DNA of 64,000 nt from Candidatus Dojkabacteria bacterium. GTDB taxonomy: Bacteria; Patescibacteriota; Dojkabacteria; B142; JAFGFJ01. Below the pieces are notes generated by a model, which saw only the letters and a list, made by a program, of their open reading frames with translations, was not told the origin of the DNA and ran no database searches. Shown piece after piece: positions 36,876 through 47,496 of this stretch. The translations under genes and the position numbers were made by a program. The stretch covers positions 1,547-65,546 of the forward strand of contig JAFGFJ010000005.1 of NCBI GenBank assembly GCA_016931155.1. Reading direction: 5' to 3'. Within the stretch, counting starts at the first letter, position 1. Each line of letters opens with the position of its first letter.

Positions 36876-37956
36876 ACTCATCGAGATCTCCTCCAAGGAC
36901 TTTCTCTGGATTTGCTGATTCTATACCTGTCCTCAAATCTTTAACCAGTTTGTATGGCTGCAAGACGTAATTTCGTATTTGGTTTCCCCAGCCAGCTATC
37001 TTGTGGATACCTTTTGTGCTGGAAAGTTCTTCTTCTCTTTTTTCTTCCTCCAGCTGGAAAAGTTTTCCCTTAAGTATATTCATCGCTGTCTCTCTGTTTT
37101 TTAACTGGCTTCTTTCGGAGGAGCTGGAAATGGTAATTCCTGTTGGTTTATGAACGATACGCACAGAAGTAGAGACCTTGTTAACATTTTGCCCTCCTGC
37201 TCCACTTGATCTTACAGCACTAAATTCTACATCTTCGTCTTTTATCTCTATATCTATCTCGTTTTCAAAAATTGGAACCACTTCAACCCCAGCGAAAGAT
37301 GTCTGTCTGAGGCCTTGTGCATTGAATGGAGAAATTCTTACAAGCCTGTGGGTTCCATGTTCCATTCTTAAATACCCATAAGCATTTTTTCCTCTTATCT
37401 CAATAGTGACTGTTGAAATACCAGTCTCCGTCCCTGAAACCTTATGAACAATTTCATGCGACCAACCTTTTTTTTCAAAATATCTTATGTACATTCTAAG
37501 TAGTATTTCTGCCCAATCGTTTGCTTCAGTTCCTCCCTGTCCTGCATGTATTGAGAGTAATGCATTACTGGAATCGTATCTCCCGGACAGAAAAGTATCT
37601 GATTCAAGATTATTTATTTCCCTAATTAAATTATCAAGTTTCTCAGATATTTCTTCCCAGACATTTTTGTCGTATTCCCCTGGTGTGTTCTCTGGTTTTT
37701 CGGCAAGTTCAATGTAGATTTCAATCTCTTCCAACTCCTTTTCAACATTTTTGATTTCTTCGAGTTCATTTGTAATTTCTCCCAGCTCTTTCATTGTGCT
37801 TTCTGCTCCTTCTTTATCATTCCAGAAAGTTTCTGCACTTGATTGTTCTTGTAGTTTTACAGATCTGTCAGTCATCCCCTCGATATCCTTTTTTTCTTTG
37901 ATCTGTTCAAATCTGGTTTTTAGTAGTTTAAGCTTTTCTTCTATTTCCCTTTTCAT
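36850..37956 (-). CDS. prfB: Peptide chain release factor 2
   Basis: GGQ motif [24 protein letters not shown] and the RF2-specific SPF motif RISPFNAQG. Full length in one frame; no programmed frameshift needed. Confidence 0.9.
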   Translation of the reverse strand: MKREIEEKLKLLKTRFEQIKEKKDIEGMTDRSVKLQEQSSAETFWNDKEGAESTMKELGEITNELEEIKNVEKELEEIEIYIELAEKPENTPGEYDKNVWEEISEKLDNLIREINNLESDTFLSGRYDSSNALLSIHAGQGGTEANDWAEILLRMYIRYFEKKGWSHEIVHKVSGTETGISTVTIEIRGKNAYGYLRMEHGTHRLVRISPFNAQGLRQTSFAGVEVVPIFENEIDIEIKDEDVEFSAVRSSGAGGQNVNKVSTSVRIVHKPTGITISSSSERSQLKNRETAMNILKGKLFQLEEEKREEELSSTKGIHKIAGWGNQIRNYVLQPYKLVKDLRTGIESANPEKVLGGDLDEFIEAEIRL

Positions 37957-38060
37957 AAATTTTTGTTAATTGTAGTTTCGTGTTTTCGAATTTTCAATTA
38001 TATGATAACATTAGCTCTAATTAAACACTTCCATTTTTAATTTATGTTGAGTTATTTGTT

Positions 38061-38312
38061 ATGTCTAAACTAAAGTCGTCTAGGAAAGCATTGAGATCAA
38101 GTAAAAGAAAAGCTGCGTTTAATAAAGCTGACAGGATAAAATACCGGGAAGCAAAGAAAGAAGTTTTTGGTCTTGTAAAGGACGGAAAGAAAACTGAGGC
38201 AACAAAGAAGCTTCAAAATGCTTATTCTCTTATTGATAAGGCAGCAAAAAAGCATGTTTTGCATAAAAATACTGCAGCCAGATATAAGTCTGCATTAGCA
38301 AAAGCGATCTAG
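38061..38312 (+). CDS. rpsT: 30S ribosomal protein S20
   Basis: MSKLKSSRKALRSSKRKAAFNKA...HKNTAARYKSALAKAI. Confidence 0.85.
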   Translation: MSKLKSSRKALRSSKRKAAFNKADRIKYREAKKEVFGLVKDGKKTEATKKLQNAYSLIDKAAKKHVLHKNTAARYKSALAKAI

Positions 38313-38314
38313 TT

Positions 38315-38866
38315 ATGTCAAAGTCTTTGATAAAGTTAATTGACAGTTCACTGCTTCCTGCCGCAATAATGATTGTCGGGAAGGTTTTTGGCATATATTT
38401 AGTTGCAAAAGCATTTGGTTTTGAATGGGCACTGCAGAATTCTGCTGATTCATTTATTTCCTTAAAACCGATATTTGCTGAAAAGGATATTATTATTGTT
38501 TCGTCTTACTCTGATTTGATTATGCTACTTTTCGTGCTCATGGGTCTTTCCTTTACTCTGTTCAGGGCACTATATCTGCATGCCTCTCATATAGATCCGA
38601 GATTTGTAGCCAAGCTTGCAACAAACAATTTACTTGATCTTGTTAAAGATTCTTTCGATGTATATCACGAATCATCGATGTGGTTGCTTTTTACCTGGAT
38701 CACTACTCTTGCCATTTTTCTGAATGTGCTTCTTGAAAGAACTTATATTTGGATTTTGGTAATTAGCATGTTGTGTTGTTTTGGATTTACACTTATCCTT
38801 CTTCGTGATGTTGGTAAAGAAATAGCGTTGAGCAGGAAGAGAATTGCTACTGAAAATTTTGCTTGA
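38315..38866 (+). CDS. Hypothetical integral membrane protein, 183 aa
   Basis: Four predicted TM helices. No motif. Confidence 0.45.
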   Translation: MSKSLIKLIDSSLLPAAIMIVGKVFGIYLVAKAFGFEWALQNSADSFISLKPIFAEKDIIIVSSYSDLIMLLFVLMGLSFTLFRALYLHASHIDPRFVAKLATNNLLDLVKDSFDVYHESSMWLLFTWITTLAIFLNVLLERTYIWILVISMLCCFGFTLILLRDVGKEIALSRKRIATENFA

Positions 38867-39938
38867 TATGACAAGAGATAAGGTTCCCACACGTGTAGAA
38901 GTGACAACAAAGACAATTCTTACTGTAGCGGCGATTATTATTGCTGGTTTTGTTTTGGTAAAACTTCAGGGGGTAGTTTTCATATTATTCATTTCTTTTA
39001 TAATCACATCATCTCTAAGACCTCTTGTAGATAAATTTGATTCTAAAAAGATTCCCAGAATAGTAACAATCTTTAGTATTTTTGTTCTTGTGATTGCTAC
39101 TGTTCTTGCTTTTATGTTTTTAATATTAACCTCTCTTGCACCTCAACTTGGGAATTTACTGGAACACCTGCCACTGATTGTTACCAATTTTCTTGAAAAA
39201 ATATTGGTTTTTGTGCCCTGGCTTTCAAGTGTAATCGACATCGGGTCATTGAAAGAGGAATTAGCAGAAATGTTGAAAAATGGAGAAATTTCGTCAGATT
39301 CTGTCCTTGCAAGCTTTAAACAGGCTTTGGGACTTGTCAATTCAGCTGCAGAGGTTGCGGTTGGCGTAGTAACTACCGTTATTCTAACTGTCTATATGCT
39401 TTCAAGAAAGGAAAAAGTTCTTGACCAAGTTCTAATGTTTTTTTCTGAGAAAACCAGGAATAAGTATTTATTGCTTATTCCTAAAATCGAAGGTCAGTTG
39501 GGATCGTGGTTAAGAGCACAGTCAGCACTTATTGTTCTTATGGGGTTTTTATCCTGGCTTGGTCTTACACTAATAGGAATAAAGTTTGCGATTCCAGTCG
39601 CTATTGTAATCGGTTTACTTGAGCTTATTCCCAGTGTAGGGCCTTCATTTGGATGGATTATTGCTACAATTGTTGCTGTTGGTAGTGGTGCATCGTTTTT
39701 GCAGGTACTTCTGGTTTTCAGCTGGTCAATTTTTATTCAACAACTGGAGCATTTACTTTTTGTTCCAAAGATTTTTCAAAAGGCAGTGGGGCTGGATCCC
39801 CTGGTTACGATTTTAGGGATAATAAGTGCTTCGATTTTGTTTGGATTTGCAGGAGTGATAATTGCAGTACCTGTTCTAGCAGTTGTGCAGATAACACTTT
39901 CTCACTTGAAAGAAGACAAAAAGCAATCTACCAGGTAG
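38844..39938 (+). CDS. AI-2E (PerM/UPF0118) family transporter
   Basis: Polytopic membrane protein of ~360 aa with the AI-2E family hydropathy pattern. Confidence 0.7.
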   Translation: MLLKILLDMTRDKVPTRVEVTTKTILTVAAIIIAGFVLVKLQGVVFILFISFIITSSLRPLVDKFDSKKIPRIVTIFSIFVLVIATVLAFMFLILTSLAPQLGNLLEHLPLIVTNFLEKILVFVPWLSSVIDIGSLKEELAEMLKNGEISSDSVLASFKQALGLVNSAAEVAVGVVTTVILTVYMLSRKEKVLDQVLMFFSEKTRNKYLLLIPKIEGQLGSWLRAQSALIVLMGFLSWLGLTLIGIKFAIPVAIVIGLLELIPSVGPSFGWIIATIVAVGSGASFLQVLLVFSWSIFIQQLEHLLFVPKIFQKAVGLDPLVTILGIISASILFGFAGVIIAVPVLAVVQITLSHLKEDKKQSTR

Positions 39939-39965
39939 CGGAAAGTGGTTCACTTTCCCTCGCAG

Positions 39966-41753
39966 TTATCTCAATTCATACTCCTCCAGCAGCTTTTTGC
40001 CGCTTTGTATATCATATAGGCATGAATAAACGCCCTTCTGTTTCAGCAGCTCTTTATGACTTCCCTCTTCGACAATCTTGCCATTTTCAATAACTAGAAT
40101 TCTATCTGCCCTTTGAATCGTAGAGAGTCTGTGGGCTATGATAACTGTAGTTCTTCCCTTGATTAGTTTCCAAAGTGCATCTTGTACTTTCATCTCTGAT
40201 TTTGAATCAAGGGAGCTTGTTGCTTCATCGAGTATCAGGATGGGAGGATTTTTTATAAGCGTTCTGGCTATAGAAAGTCGCTGTTTTTGCCCCCCGGAAA
40301 GCTTTATGCCTCTCTCCCCTATTTTGGTTCTAAGCCCTTTAGGAAGCTTTTCAATAAATTCCCAGGCGTTTGCAACTTTGCAAGCATCAATTATCTCGCT
40401 TTCTTTTGTGTAGGATTTTCCGTATTTTAGGTTTTTTTCTATTGTCTGTTCAAAAAGATATGATTCTTGAAGCACTATTCCAATATTATTTCTAAGCTCT
40501 GCTTGCTTGATTTTTCTGATGTCTGTCCCATCAATTTCTATGCTGCCCTTGTCTACATCGTAGAAACGGTTTATGAGATTCGCTATTGTTGTTTTACCAC
40601 CTCCGCTTTTTGCAACAAGCGCAATTGATTCTCCTGGATTGATTTTTAAGCAAAGATTTTTAAGAACTGCCTGATTTTTACTTGTTTTAGTATTACCGGG
40701 ATATGTAAAATATACATTTCTAAATTCAATTTTTCCTTTTACTTCTTTCATAGAGACGGAAGATTTGTCATCAACTATGTTCGATTTATTATCTAAAATT
40801 TTAAAATAATCTCGAGCTCCAATTAGTCCTTTTCTTACTTCAAAATACATCCATCCAAGGTTCCAGAAAGGCTCTTTAAGAATAGTCAAATACTGTATGA
40901 TCAGAAAAAATGTTCCCAGTGTAATTTCCCCCTGGATCACAAGTATGATTGTATATATGAATATAATCCCGCCCATTAGTTCAAGAATAACATCTTTAAG
41001 AAGGCTCAAGTCCCAGATTCTTTCTATCCTTTTTGCAATTGCTACCAGTTTGTCATTATATTTTTGCATTTTATTCTGCTCATAATCTGACCTGACAAAG
41101 CTTTTTACGAGTCTAATAGAGCTTATTACTTCATAAAAATGTCCAAATCCTTTATCCATTGTTTTGTTGTACTCTTTTTCCAGAGGGACATGTTTTTTCA
41201 AAATATAGAGGTTGATCAGTACATATGGAATAACTGTTGCAAAAAGTATTCCAACAATCTCAGGTCTAATACTAAGGAGAATTCCAATTGCAAAAACAGA
41301 AGTAAGAATATTTGGAAGAAAGTAAATTACACTTGTTGTAACCTGCCTTATGATTCTATTCACACCTCTCTGAAGTTTGGACATAAGGGAACCTGATACT
41401 TGTCTGTCAAAGAAAGAGATGTCACTATTCAATAGCTTTTCATAGCCTATATCCATAAAATGCTTTTCCAGTTTTGTTGTTACAATTTGGCTGCTACGCC
41501 AGGAAAATCTGTTTGCTGCAGTAAGTAATAAAAGTGAAATAAGGTAGGCGATTAAATATGGTGCGATTTTTTCGACGCTTATAAGCAAGGGTTCACCAAT
41601 TGCTATTGAGTTTTGTATACTGTCAATAATATTTTTGGAGACAAGTGGTGCTACCTGTTTTCCCGCCGAAATTACAACAATAGAAATAGCAAGCATCAAA
41701 AAAATATGCCAGAAAGGTTTAGCCAATTTTATTGCACGAAAAAGCTCTTTCAT
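39966..41753 (-). CDS. ABC exporter, fused TMD-NBD (MsbA/multidrug-like)
   Basis: Six N-terminal TM helices. Walker A region SGGGKTT, signature LSGGQKQRLSIARTL, Walker B ILILDEATSSLD. Confidence 0.85.
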   Translation of the reverse strand: MKELFRAIKLAKPFWHIFLMLAISIVVISAGKQVAPLVSKNIIDSIQNSIAIGEPLLISVEKIAPYLIAYLISLLLLTAANRFSWRSSQIVTTKLEKHFMDIGYEKLLNSDISFFDRQVSGSLMSKLQRGVNRIIRQVTTSVIYFLPNILTSVFAIGILLSIRPEIVGILFATVIPYVLINLYILKKHVPLEKEYNKTMDKGFGHFYEVISSIRLVKSFVRSDYEQNKMQKYNDKLVAIAKRIERIWDLSLLKDVILELMGGIIFIYTIILVIQGEITLGTFFLIIQYLTILKEPFWNLGWMYFEVRKGLIGARDYFKILDNKSNIVDDKSSVSMKEVKGKIEFRNVYFTYPGNTKTSKNQAVLKNLCLKINPGESIALVAKSGGGKTTIANLINRFYDVDKGSIEIDGTDIRKIKQAELRNNIGIVLQESYLFEQTIEKNLKYGKSYTKESEIIDACKVANAWEFIEKLPKGLRTKIGERGIKLSGGQKQRLSIARTLIKNPPILILDEATSSLDSKSEMKVQDALWKLIKGRTTVIIAHRLSTIQRADRILVIENGKIVEEGSHKELLKQKGVYSCLYDIQSGKKLLEEYELR

Positions 41754-41888
41754 TCAATATTGAGTGGGAATTACTGCGGGTAGATAATATCACACTAAAG
41801 TGGGAAATTAAAAGGAGAATAAGTCATTAAATTGCAGTATTGTATTCAAAATTGCAGCATTGTACTTATTTGTTAAAAAAGTGATCAT

Positions 41889-44000
41889 TCACTTTATGTT
41901 GTTTAATAGATCTCTCATTTCTGCTGCTTTCTCAAATTCCAGCAAATCAGCAAATATGCTCATTTGTACTTTTATCTCCTCCGTGAGAGCATTCTTTTCA
42001 ATGGCAGTCATAGCTTTATATGATTCAGCTCGCTTCTTAAGTGAAGTTACTGTGACATCCCCCTTTATTTCTTCATGCTTATCTGTGGCTGTAAGCTGAT
42101 CTTTTATCTCTTTTTGTATAGTTTTTGGGACGATTCCATGTGTCTTGTTGTACTCTTTCTGTGTTTTTCTTCTTCTTCGTACCTCATCTATTGCTCTTTT
42201 CATGCTGCCAGTAATTTTATCTGCATACATTATTACTTTTCCATCCTGATGCCTTGCGGCTCTCCCCATTGTCTGGATAAGGCTGACATCGCTTCTCAAA
42301 AATCCTTCTTTATCAGCATCAAGTATTGCAACAAGACTTACTTCGGGAAGGTCGAGACCTTCTCTCAATAGGTTGATACCTACAAGAACGTCATATTTTC
42401 CAAGTCTCAAATCTCTTAAAATATCTACTCTCTCGATGGCATCAATATCGGAGTGAATATATTGCACCTTAATTTTTATTTCTTTCAAAAAAGCAGAAAG
42501 ATCTTCAGCCATCCTTTTTGTAAGTGTGGTAACAAGCACTCGCTGTCCTTTTTTTATTGTTTTTTGAATCTCGTCTGTCAGGTCGTCGATTTGATTGAGC
42601 GATGACTCTTTCCTGTTTAAAATGTTAAAATCAAAGTATCCGTTTTCCTGTACAATTTTTTTTATGTTGCAGAAATTACTGCTCTCCGTAGGTCTGATAT
42701 CTATGACTGGATCCAGAAGTCCTGTAGGTCTTACCACTTGCTCTGCAATACCTGTGTACTTGTACAATCCTTTGAGCTTTTTTATCGACTGCAGGCTGAG
42801 TTGTTTTTCATAGTCTGATGGAGTGGCACTAACGTATATTGTCTGATTGAGCTTGGAGTTGAATTCAACAAATTTGAGAGGTCTATTATCTAGAGCTGCT
42901 TTAAGCCTGAATCCGTACTCAACAAGTGATTCTTTTCTTGATCTGTCCCCTTTGTACATACCTCTTACCTGTGGTACGGTTATATGGGATTCGTCGATAA
43001 ACATAAGGTAGTCGTCCGGGAAATAATCAAGTAATGTTGAAGGAGGACTGCCGATGGGTCGCCTCTCTATGTATCTTGAGTAATTTTCTATCCCGGCAAC
43101 GTACCCTGTCTCTTCGAGCATTTCAAGATCGTAGTTTACCCTCTGATCGAGACGTTGTGCTTCGAGTTCCTTCCCCTTACTTCTGAAGGATTTAACTTCT
43201 GCCTCAAGATCTTTTCTTATCTTCGGAATAGCAAGTTTGAGGGCCTCAAAAGCAGTCACGTACTGCTTTGCTGGGAAGATTGTATAGCTTTTTGGTTTGT
43301 CCAATATCTCACCTGACAGGGGATTAATAATTTTGATCACTTCTATTTTATTCCCGAAAAACTCTAATCTTACTGCTGTCTCTTCTGAAGCTGTATAAAT
43401 GTCTATAGAATCACCTCTAATGCGGTACATACCGTTATAGAACTCGTACTCACTTCTCTCGTATTGCAAATCAGCAAGATGTCTCAATAATTTTTCTCTG
43501 TTGTACTCCAGACCATTTTCTATTGTTCTACTTAGAGAAAGGTAATCTTCCGGATTTCCGAGACCGTAGATACAGGAGACTGAGGCGACAATTATTGTGT
43601 CTTTTCTTGTGAGCAGTGCTTGTGTTGCGGCACTTCTATATCTTTCTATATCTTCGTTTATGTCTGCTTCTTTTTCTATGTAGAGATCTCTTTTTGCAAC
43701 GTAGGCTTCCGGTTGGTAGTAGTCGTAATATGAGACAAAATACCTGACTGCATTATCCGGGAAATACTCTCTGAACTCTGAAAATAACTGAGCCGCAAGA
43801 GTTTTGTTGTGAGCAAGGACTAATGTTGGCTTCTGGGTTCTTTCAATTACATTTGCCATGGTAAATGTTTTTCCGGACCCTGTTACACCGAGGAGTGTCT
43901 GACTTTCTGCACCAGATTCTATCCCATTAGTGAGAAAATCTATTGCTTGGGGTTGATCACCTGCTGGCTTTAATTTTGTCTTTAGTATAAACTGCTTCAT
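41889..44000 (-). CDS. uvrB: Excinuclease ABC subunit B
   Basis: GVTGSGKTFTMANVIE Walker A plus helicase motifs and the C-terminal UVR domain. Length 703 aa. Confidence 0.95.
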   Translation of the reverse strand: MKQFILKTKLKPAGDQPQAIDFLTNGIESGAESQTLLGVTGSGKTFTMANVIERTQKPTLVLAHNKTLAAQLFSEFREYFPDNAVRYFVSYYDYYQPEAYVAKRDLYIEKEADINEDIERYRSAATQALLTRKDTIIVASVSCIYGLGNPEDYLSLSRTIENGLEYNREKLLRHLADLQYERSEYEFYNGMYRIRGDSIDIYTASEETAVRLEFFGNKIEVIKIINPLSGEILDKPKSYTIFPAKQYVTAFEALKLAIPKIRKDLEAEVKSFRSKGKELEAQRLDQRVNYDLEMLEETGYVAGIENYSRYIERRPIGSPPSTLLDYFPDDYLMFIDESHITVPQVRGMYKGDRSRKESLVEYGFRLKAALDNRPLKFVEFNSKLNQTIYVSATPSDYEKQLSLQSIKKLKGLYKYTGIAEQVVRPTGLLDPVIDIRPTESSNFCNIKKIVQENGYFDFNILNRKESSLNQIDDLTDEIQKTIKKGQRVLVTTLTKRMAEDLSAFLKEIKIKVQYIHSDIDAIERVDILRDLRLGKYDVLVGINLLREGLDLPEVSLVAILDADKEGFLRSDVSLIQTMGRAARHQDGKVIMYADKITGSMKRAIDEVRRRRKTQKEYNKTHGIVPKTIQKEIKDQLTATDKHEEIKGDVTVTSLKKRAESYKAMTAIEKNALTEEIKVQMSIFADLLEFEKAAEMRDLLNNIK

Positions 44001-44027
44001 CTTTAACGATTTAATTATATCAGAATG

Positions 44028-44056
44028 TTGATTTACTTATTTCTATAGGATATAAT
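44028..44056 (+). promoter_or_regulatory. Putative promoter TTGATT-17nt-TATAAT for the 44095 gene, followed by a T13 homopolymer in the 5' UTR (44067-44079)
   Basis: ttgatt at 44028-44033 and tataat at 44051-44056. Thirteen consecutive T read directly. Confidence 0.4.
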
Positions 44057-44094
44057 GAATATATAGTTTTTTTTTTTTTGCTAATTAATCAATC

Positions 44095-44808
44095 ATGGAT
44101 CAGTTAACAATAGATAACAAATCAGGAATAGGAAATAATGAACCAATGGAGGAGTTTTATTCAAATCTTTTTGCAAAACAAAATGAAGAGATGATTTTTG
44201 GGGATTTTAATGAGGTAGCAAATATTGTTATTAATGCACTTCATTCAATTGTCGGAAGGGATGAAAATCATCTTATGAATCATGCTTATGAACGTGTGTT
44301 TGTAAATCTTCTTATATACAACAGAATATCTTCATTTGAGCAAAGAAGCGTCGCTATTGAGCTTTTTAAAAATGACCCGGAGGAACTATTGTTTAGGGTA
44401 AGCGATCTATTTTTTTATGTCCAGGCGTCAGACGTGGAGCTTGATAGAGGCAGAAACGGAATGAAAGGAATATGGGATAAAGAGGTTGAAAGATCCCTTT
44501 ACTCAGGAGATCCTTCTTATGCAATTAAAAAGGCGGTTAGCATTTTATCTGGGTTCACTTGTGATTTCAAAGAGTTGTTAAACGAAGCAATTTTTAATTC
44601 CAGTAACTCATCAAATAATGGAGCAGTGGAGGATCAAATGTTTCCCATTGATCCAACAGTAAATATTACTTTTGTGAGAGTATGTGAAAAACTGGAAATG
44701 AAATGTGAAGCGATGCTCAGAAAAGCTAAATTTAGGGCGAAAAAAGAAAGTAAATCATTAGAAGAGATTTTATATTCAATTAATGGTGGTGTCCTGCCTT
44801 TTCCATAA
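44095..44808 (+). CDS. Hypothetical protein, 237 aa
   Basis: ORF downstream of a consensus-like promoter. No motif recognised. Confidence 0.45.
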   Translation: MDQLTIDNKSGIGNNEPMEEFYSNLFAKQNEEMIFGDFNEVANIVINALHSIVGRDENHLMNHAYERVFVNLLIYNRISSFEQRSVAIELFKNDPEELLFRVSDLFFYVQASDVELDRGRNGMKGIWDKEVERSLYSGDPSYAIKKAVSILSGFTCDFKELLNEAIFNSSNSSNNGAVEDQMFPIDPTVNITFVRVCEKLEMKCEAMLRKAKFRAKKESKSLEEILYSINGGVLPFP

Positions 44809-45937
44809 GCTGTGAATAGAATTCCAGGTTATTCATCGTTGCAAGTCGCAAGGCTTCATTTTCTCCAATTTTGAATAAATATCTCAAGTAAGCTCTAGAG
44901 ATTTCACGCAGGTCTTTTATCCTCGAATCTTTGTTTATTGGATAAATATCTTTTTTGTATATTTCTTTTTTGATGTGCATCACACTATAGTTATTAAAGT
45001 GTGCATCACCATCGCCTGCGTTTACGTATAAATACCCATGTCTTGCATTCCTGGTTGGTAGTACGGTATCGAAAATGTCCCAGCCGCACTCTATCGAGCT
45101 TCTTAGGTCATCTGGAGTACCCATTCCCAGTCCATATCTTATTTTATCTTGAGGTATTAAATCTGCAAGGAAAGCAAGCATTTCAGGATCCAGTCCCTTT
45201 GGTAATTCGTTTTTCCAACTTTTTTCATCTTTCATTGGTAAGCCTCCACCAAAACCGTAAATATCAAACCCAATATCTATAAGTGCTTTGGCATTTTCTT
45301 TTCTGAGGTTTTCCACATTTCCGCCCTGAATTACAGCGCACAATAGAGGTCTTTTGACCCTCGGATTATCGAAATCAGACTCAGTCAAACCATTCAGTTT
45401 TAGAAAAATTTCTTTGGATCTCTTGGCCCATTCAACAGTTCTCCGGTTTGCTTCTTTAAGATACTTGATTGATGTAGTCCTTAGTGCAGGCTCATCCAGT
45501 ACTACCCTTATATCACTCCCGAGATTATGCTGGATTATTTGTGAAATTTCAGGAGTGAGAATTTTGAATTTGCCGGTCCTGGGATCCTCAAAAGTTACAC
45601 CGGCATCTGTAATCCTTCCAAGCTTTTGCATTTTTCTGTGTATCAGAGAGAATATTTGAAAACCTCCGCTGTCAGTTAGTATAGGTCTATTCCAATTTAA
45701 GAATTTGTGTAAACCACCAAAATTTCCAATAAATTCACTGCCGACAGTCATTTCCAGATGAAGTGTTGTAGTGACAATTTCTCTTACTCCAGCATTATGT
45801 GCTTCGCTAAAGCTTAGTGATTTAATTGCTCCATAAGTTGCATCAGGAAAAAATGCTGGAGTTATTATTCCGCCATGAAGTGTATTGATAATTCCAGTCC
45901 TTGCTTTGTTCTTTTTGGACTTTTGCTCAAACAACAT
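44780..45937 (-). CDS. tgt: Queuine tRNA-ribosyltransferase, with the Zn-binding Cys/His ligands replaced
   Basis: Catalytic Asp motifs conserved: LTDSGGFQIF and GWDIFDTVLPTRNARHG. Canonical CxCxxC...H is aligned to DSRIKDLREISRAYLRYL, with no Cys. Confidence 0.8.
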   Translation of the reverse strand: MLFEQKSKKNKARTGIINTLHGGIITPAFFPDATYGAIKSLSFSEAHNAGVREIVTTTLHLEMTVGSEFIGNFGGLHKFLNWNRPILTDSGGFQIFSLIHRKMQKLGRITDAGVTFEDPRTGKFKILTPEISQIIQHNLGSDIRVVLDEPALRTTSIKYLKEANRRTVEWAKRSKEIFLKLNGLTESDFDNPRVKRPLLCAVIQGGNVENLRKENAKALIDIGFDIYGFGGGLPMKDEKSWKNELPKGLDPEMLAFLADLIPQDKIRYGLGMGTPDDLRSSIECGWDIFDTVLPTRNARHGYLYVNAGDGDAHFNNYSVMHIKKEIYKKDIYPINKDSRIKDLREISRAYLRYLFKIGENEALRLATMNNLEFYSQLMEKAGHHH

Positions 45938-46715
45938 TTTCCAGCTTCACAAAAATTTGTTGCCATTCTACAAGTGAGAGTTCAGCAGCACGAATATTTT
46001 CTTTTATATGCAGATTATTAAATTTTTTTTCAATTTCTTCTTTTGATATTTTCAAACCACAACTCAGGTTGCTTATCAGTTTCTTCCTTGGACTTGAATA
46101 ACCTATTTTTATAAATTTTGTCAGATCTTCAGCATAATCTGGTATTACTTCCTTAAATTTGAATTGCAATATTCCTCCATCGACTTTTGGGATAGGAAAA
46201 AAATGATTCTTTGGAACTTTTCCAATGAACTCTACATCTGAATAAATCTGTGCAAAGTTAGAAAGAAAAGATGCTTTTGGACTTATAGAGGCATAGTCTT
46301 CTGCTACTTCTTTTTGAATCAAAAAACTCATAATATTGGGTTTTATTTCATCGGTGAGGAATTTTGCGATTATTTTTTTTGAAATATTGTAAGGAAGAGA
46401 GCCAACGACTTTGTACTTGTTATTTTCAATTTCCAAGTCTTTCAGATTTATCTTCAAAATATCATTATGAATAATCTCAACTTCTCTGTCCTCTTTGTAC
46501 TTATCTTTTAGAAAATCTATCAGTTCAGTGTCGATTTCAATAAGTATCATCCTTTTTGTTCGTTCGATCAAAAGATTTGTTACCGCTCCGTGCCCAGGTC
46601 CTACTTCAATTACTGTGTCATCAGGTTTAAGATCAAGGCTTTTGATCATTTTAATTCCTACAGAAGTCTCTTTGAGGAAATTCTGCCCAAACTGTTTTTT
46701 GAATTTAAAACCCAT
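45927..46715 (-). CDS. rsmA: 16S rRNA (adenine1518/1519-N6)-dimethyltransferase
   Basis: MGFKFKKQFGQNFLKE, SAM-binding VIEVGPGHGAVT, and catalytic N..PYNIS. Confidence 0.85.
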   Translation of the reverse strand: MGFKFKKQFGQNFLKETSVGIKMIKSLDLKPDDTVIEVGPGHGAVTNLLIERTKRMILIEIDTELIDFLKDKYKEDREVEIIHNDILKINLKDLEIENNKYKVVGSLPYNISKKIIAKFLTDEIKPNIMSFLIQKEVAEDYASISPKASFLSNFAQIYSDVEFIGKVPKNHFFPIPKVDGGILQFKFKEVIPDYAEDLTKFIKIGYSSPRKKLISNLSCGLKISKEEIEKKFNNLHIKENIRAAELSLVEWQQIFVKLENVV

Positions 46716-46719
46716 TTTT

Positions 46720-47496
46720 CTACTTAGAAAACTTATTTATAACTGCGTTGTGGGCATTCCATTCGATTGTATCATCTAGTTTTTTAAGTTTCACTTTGTT
46801 TTTATATTTTCTTTCCATTGCCAGTTTGATAATTTCATCAGCTATATGAGGATTTTTGGGGAGGAATGGTCCATGCATATATGTACCGAATATATTTTTA
46901 AACCTGACACCTTCGTGTTTAGCATTTTCATTGTCACCTGTGCCAACCAATACATCTCCAAGCGGTATAAGCTTGTCTGATTTGAATCTTGTTCTACCAC
47001 TATGGTTTTCGAATCCAACAAGTGTCGACTTTCCAGATCTGGCAATCTCATCAGTCGGCTGTAAATTTGTAATTATATTTCCTATGCATCTTTGGGCAAC
47101 TTTTGTACTCGGTGCTATGGTTTCTATTGGAACAATTCGCAGTCCCTCTGCTCTTCTGCCATCTCCCATGGTGAAGTATTCTCCTAAAAGCTGGTAGCCT
47201 CCGCAAATTGCAAGAACTACTGCTCCGTCTTTAATATCTCTTTGTAAAACCTTCTTTTTGTTCTGTATAAGATCTTTATACACCTCGATCTGATCCTGAT
47301 CCTGACCTCCGCCCATAAAGTATATATCAATAATCCCCGGTTTAAGCATGTTTTTCTCACTGATATTTAAAATGTTTACAGCAAAACCCCGCCATTCTGA
47401 GCGTTTTTTCAATGCAATGATATTTCCGATATCACCGTAAATGTTCATTTTTTCTGGATATAAATGCCCAATTGTCAGCATCATTTTTTCTTTCAT
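46720..47496 (-). CDS. gatD: Lipid II isoglutaminyl synthase glutaminase subunit GatD (CobQ/CobB-like GATase)
   Basis: GATase with the catalytic Cys in AICGGYQLLGEY. Immediately downstream of murT, overlapping it by 4 nt. Confidence 0.7.
   Translation of the reverse strand: MKEKMMLTIGHLYPEKMNIYGDIGNIIALKKRSEWRGFAVNILNISEKNMLKPGIIDIYFMGGGQDQDQIEVYKDLIQNKKKVLQRDIKDGAVVLAICGGYQLLGEYFTMGDGRRAEGLRIVPIETIAPSTKVAQRCIGNIITNLQPTDEIARSGKSTLVGFENHSGRTRFKSDKLIPLGDVLVGTGDNENAKHEGVRFKNIFGTYMHGPFLPKNPHIADEIIKLAMERKYKNKVKLKKLDDTIEWNAHNAVINKFSK

Noticed and set aside
36850-37956. Programmed +1 frameshift in prfB
   Set aside because: The RF2 reading frame is continuous from an ATG through the SPF and GGQ motifs. 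No in-frame UGA/CUU-UGA shift site is needed.
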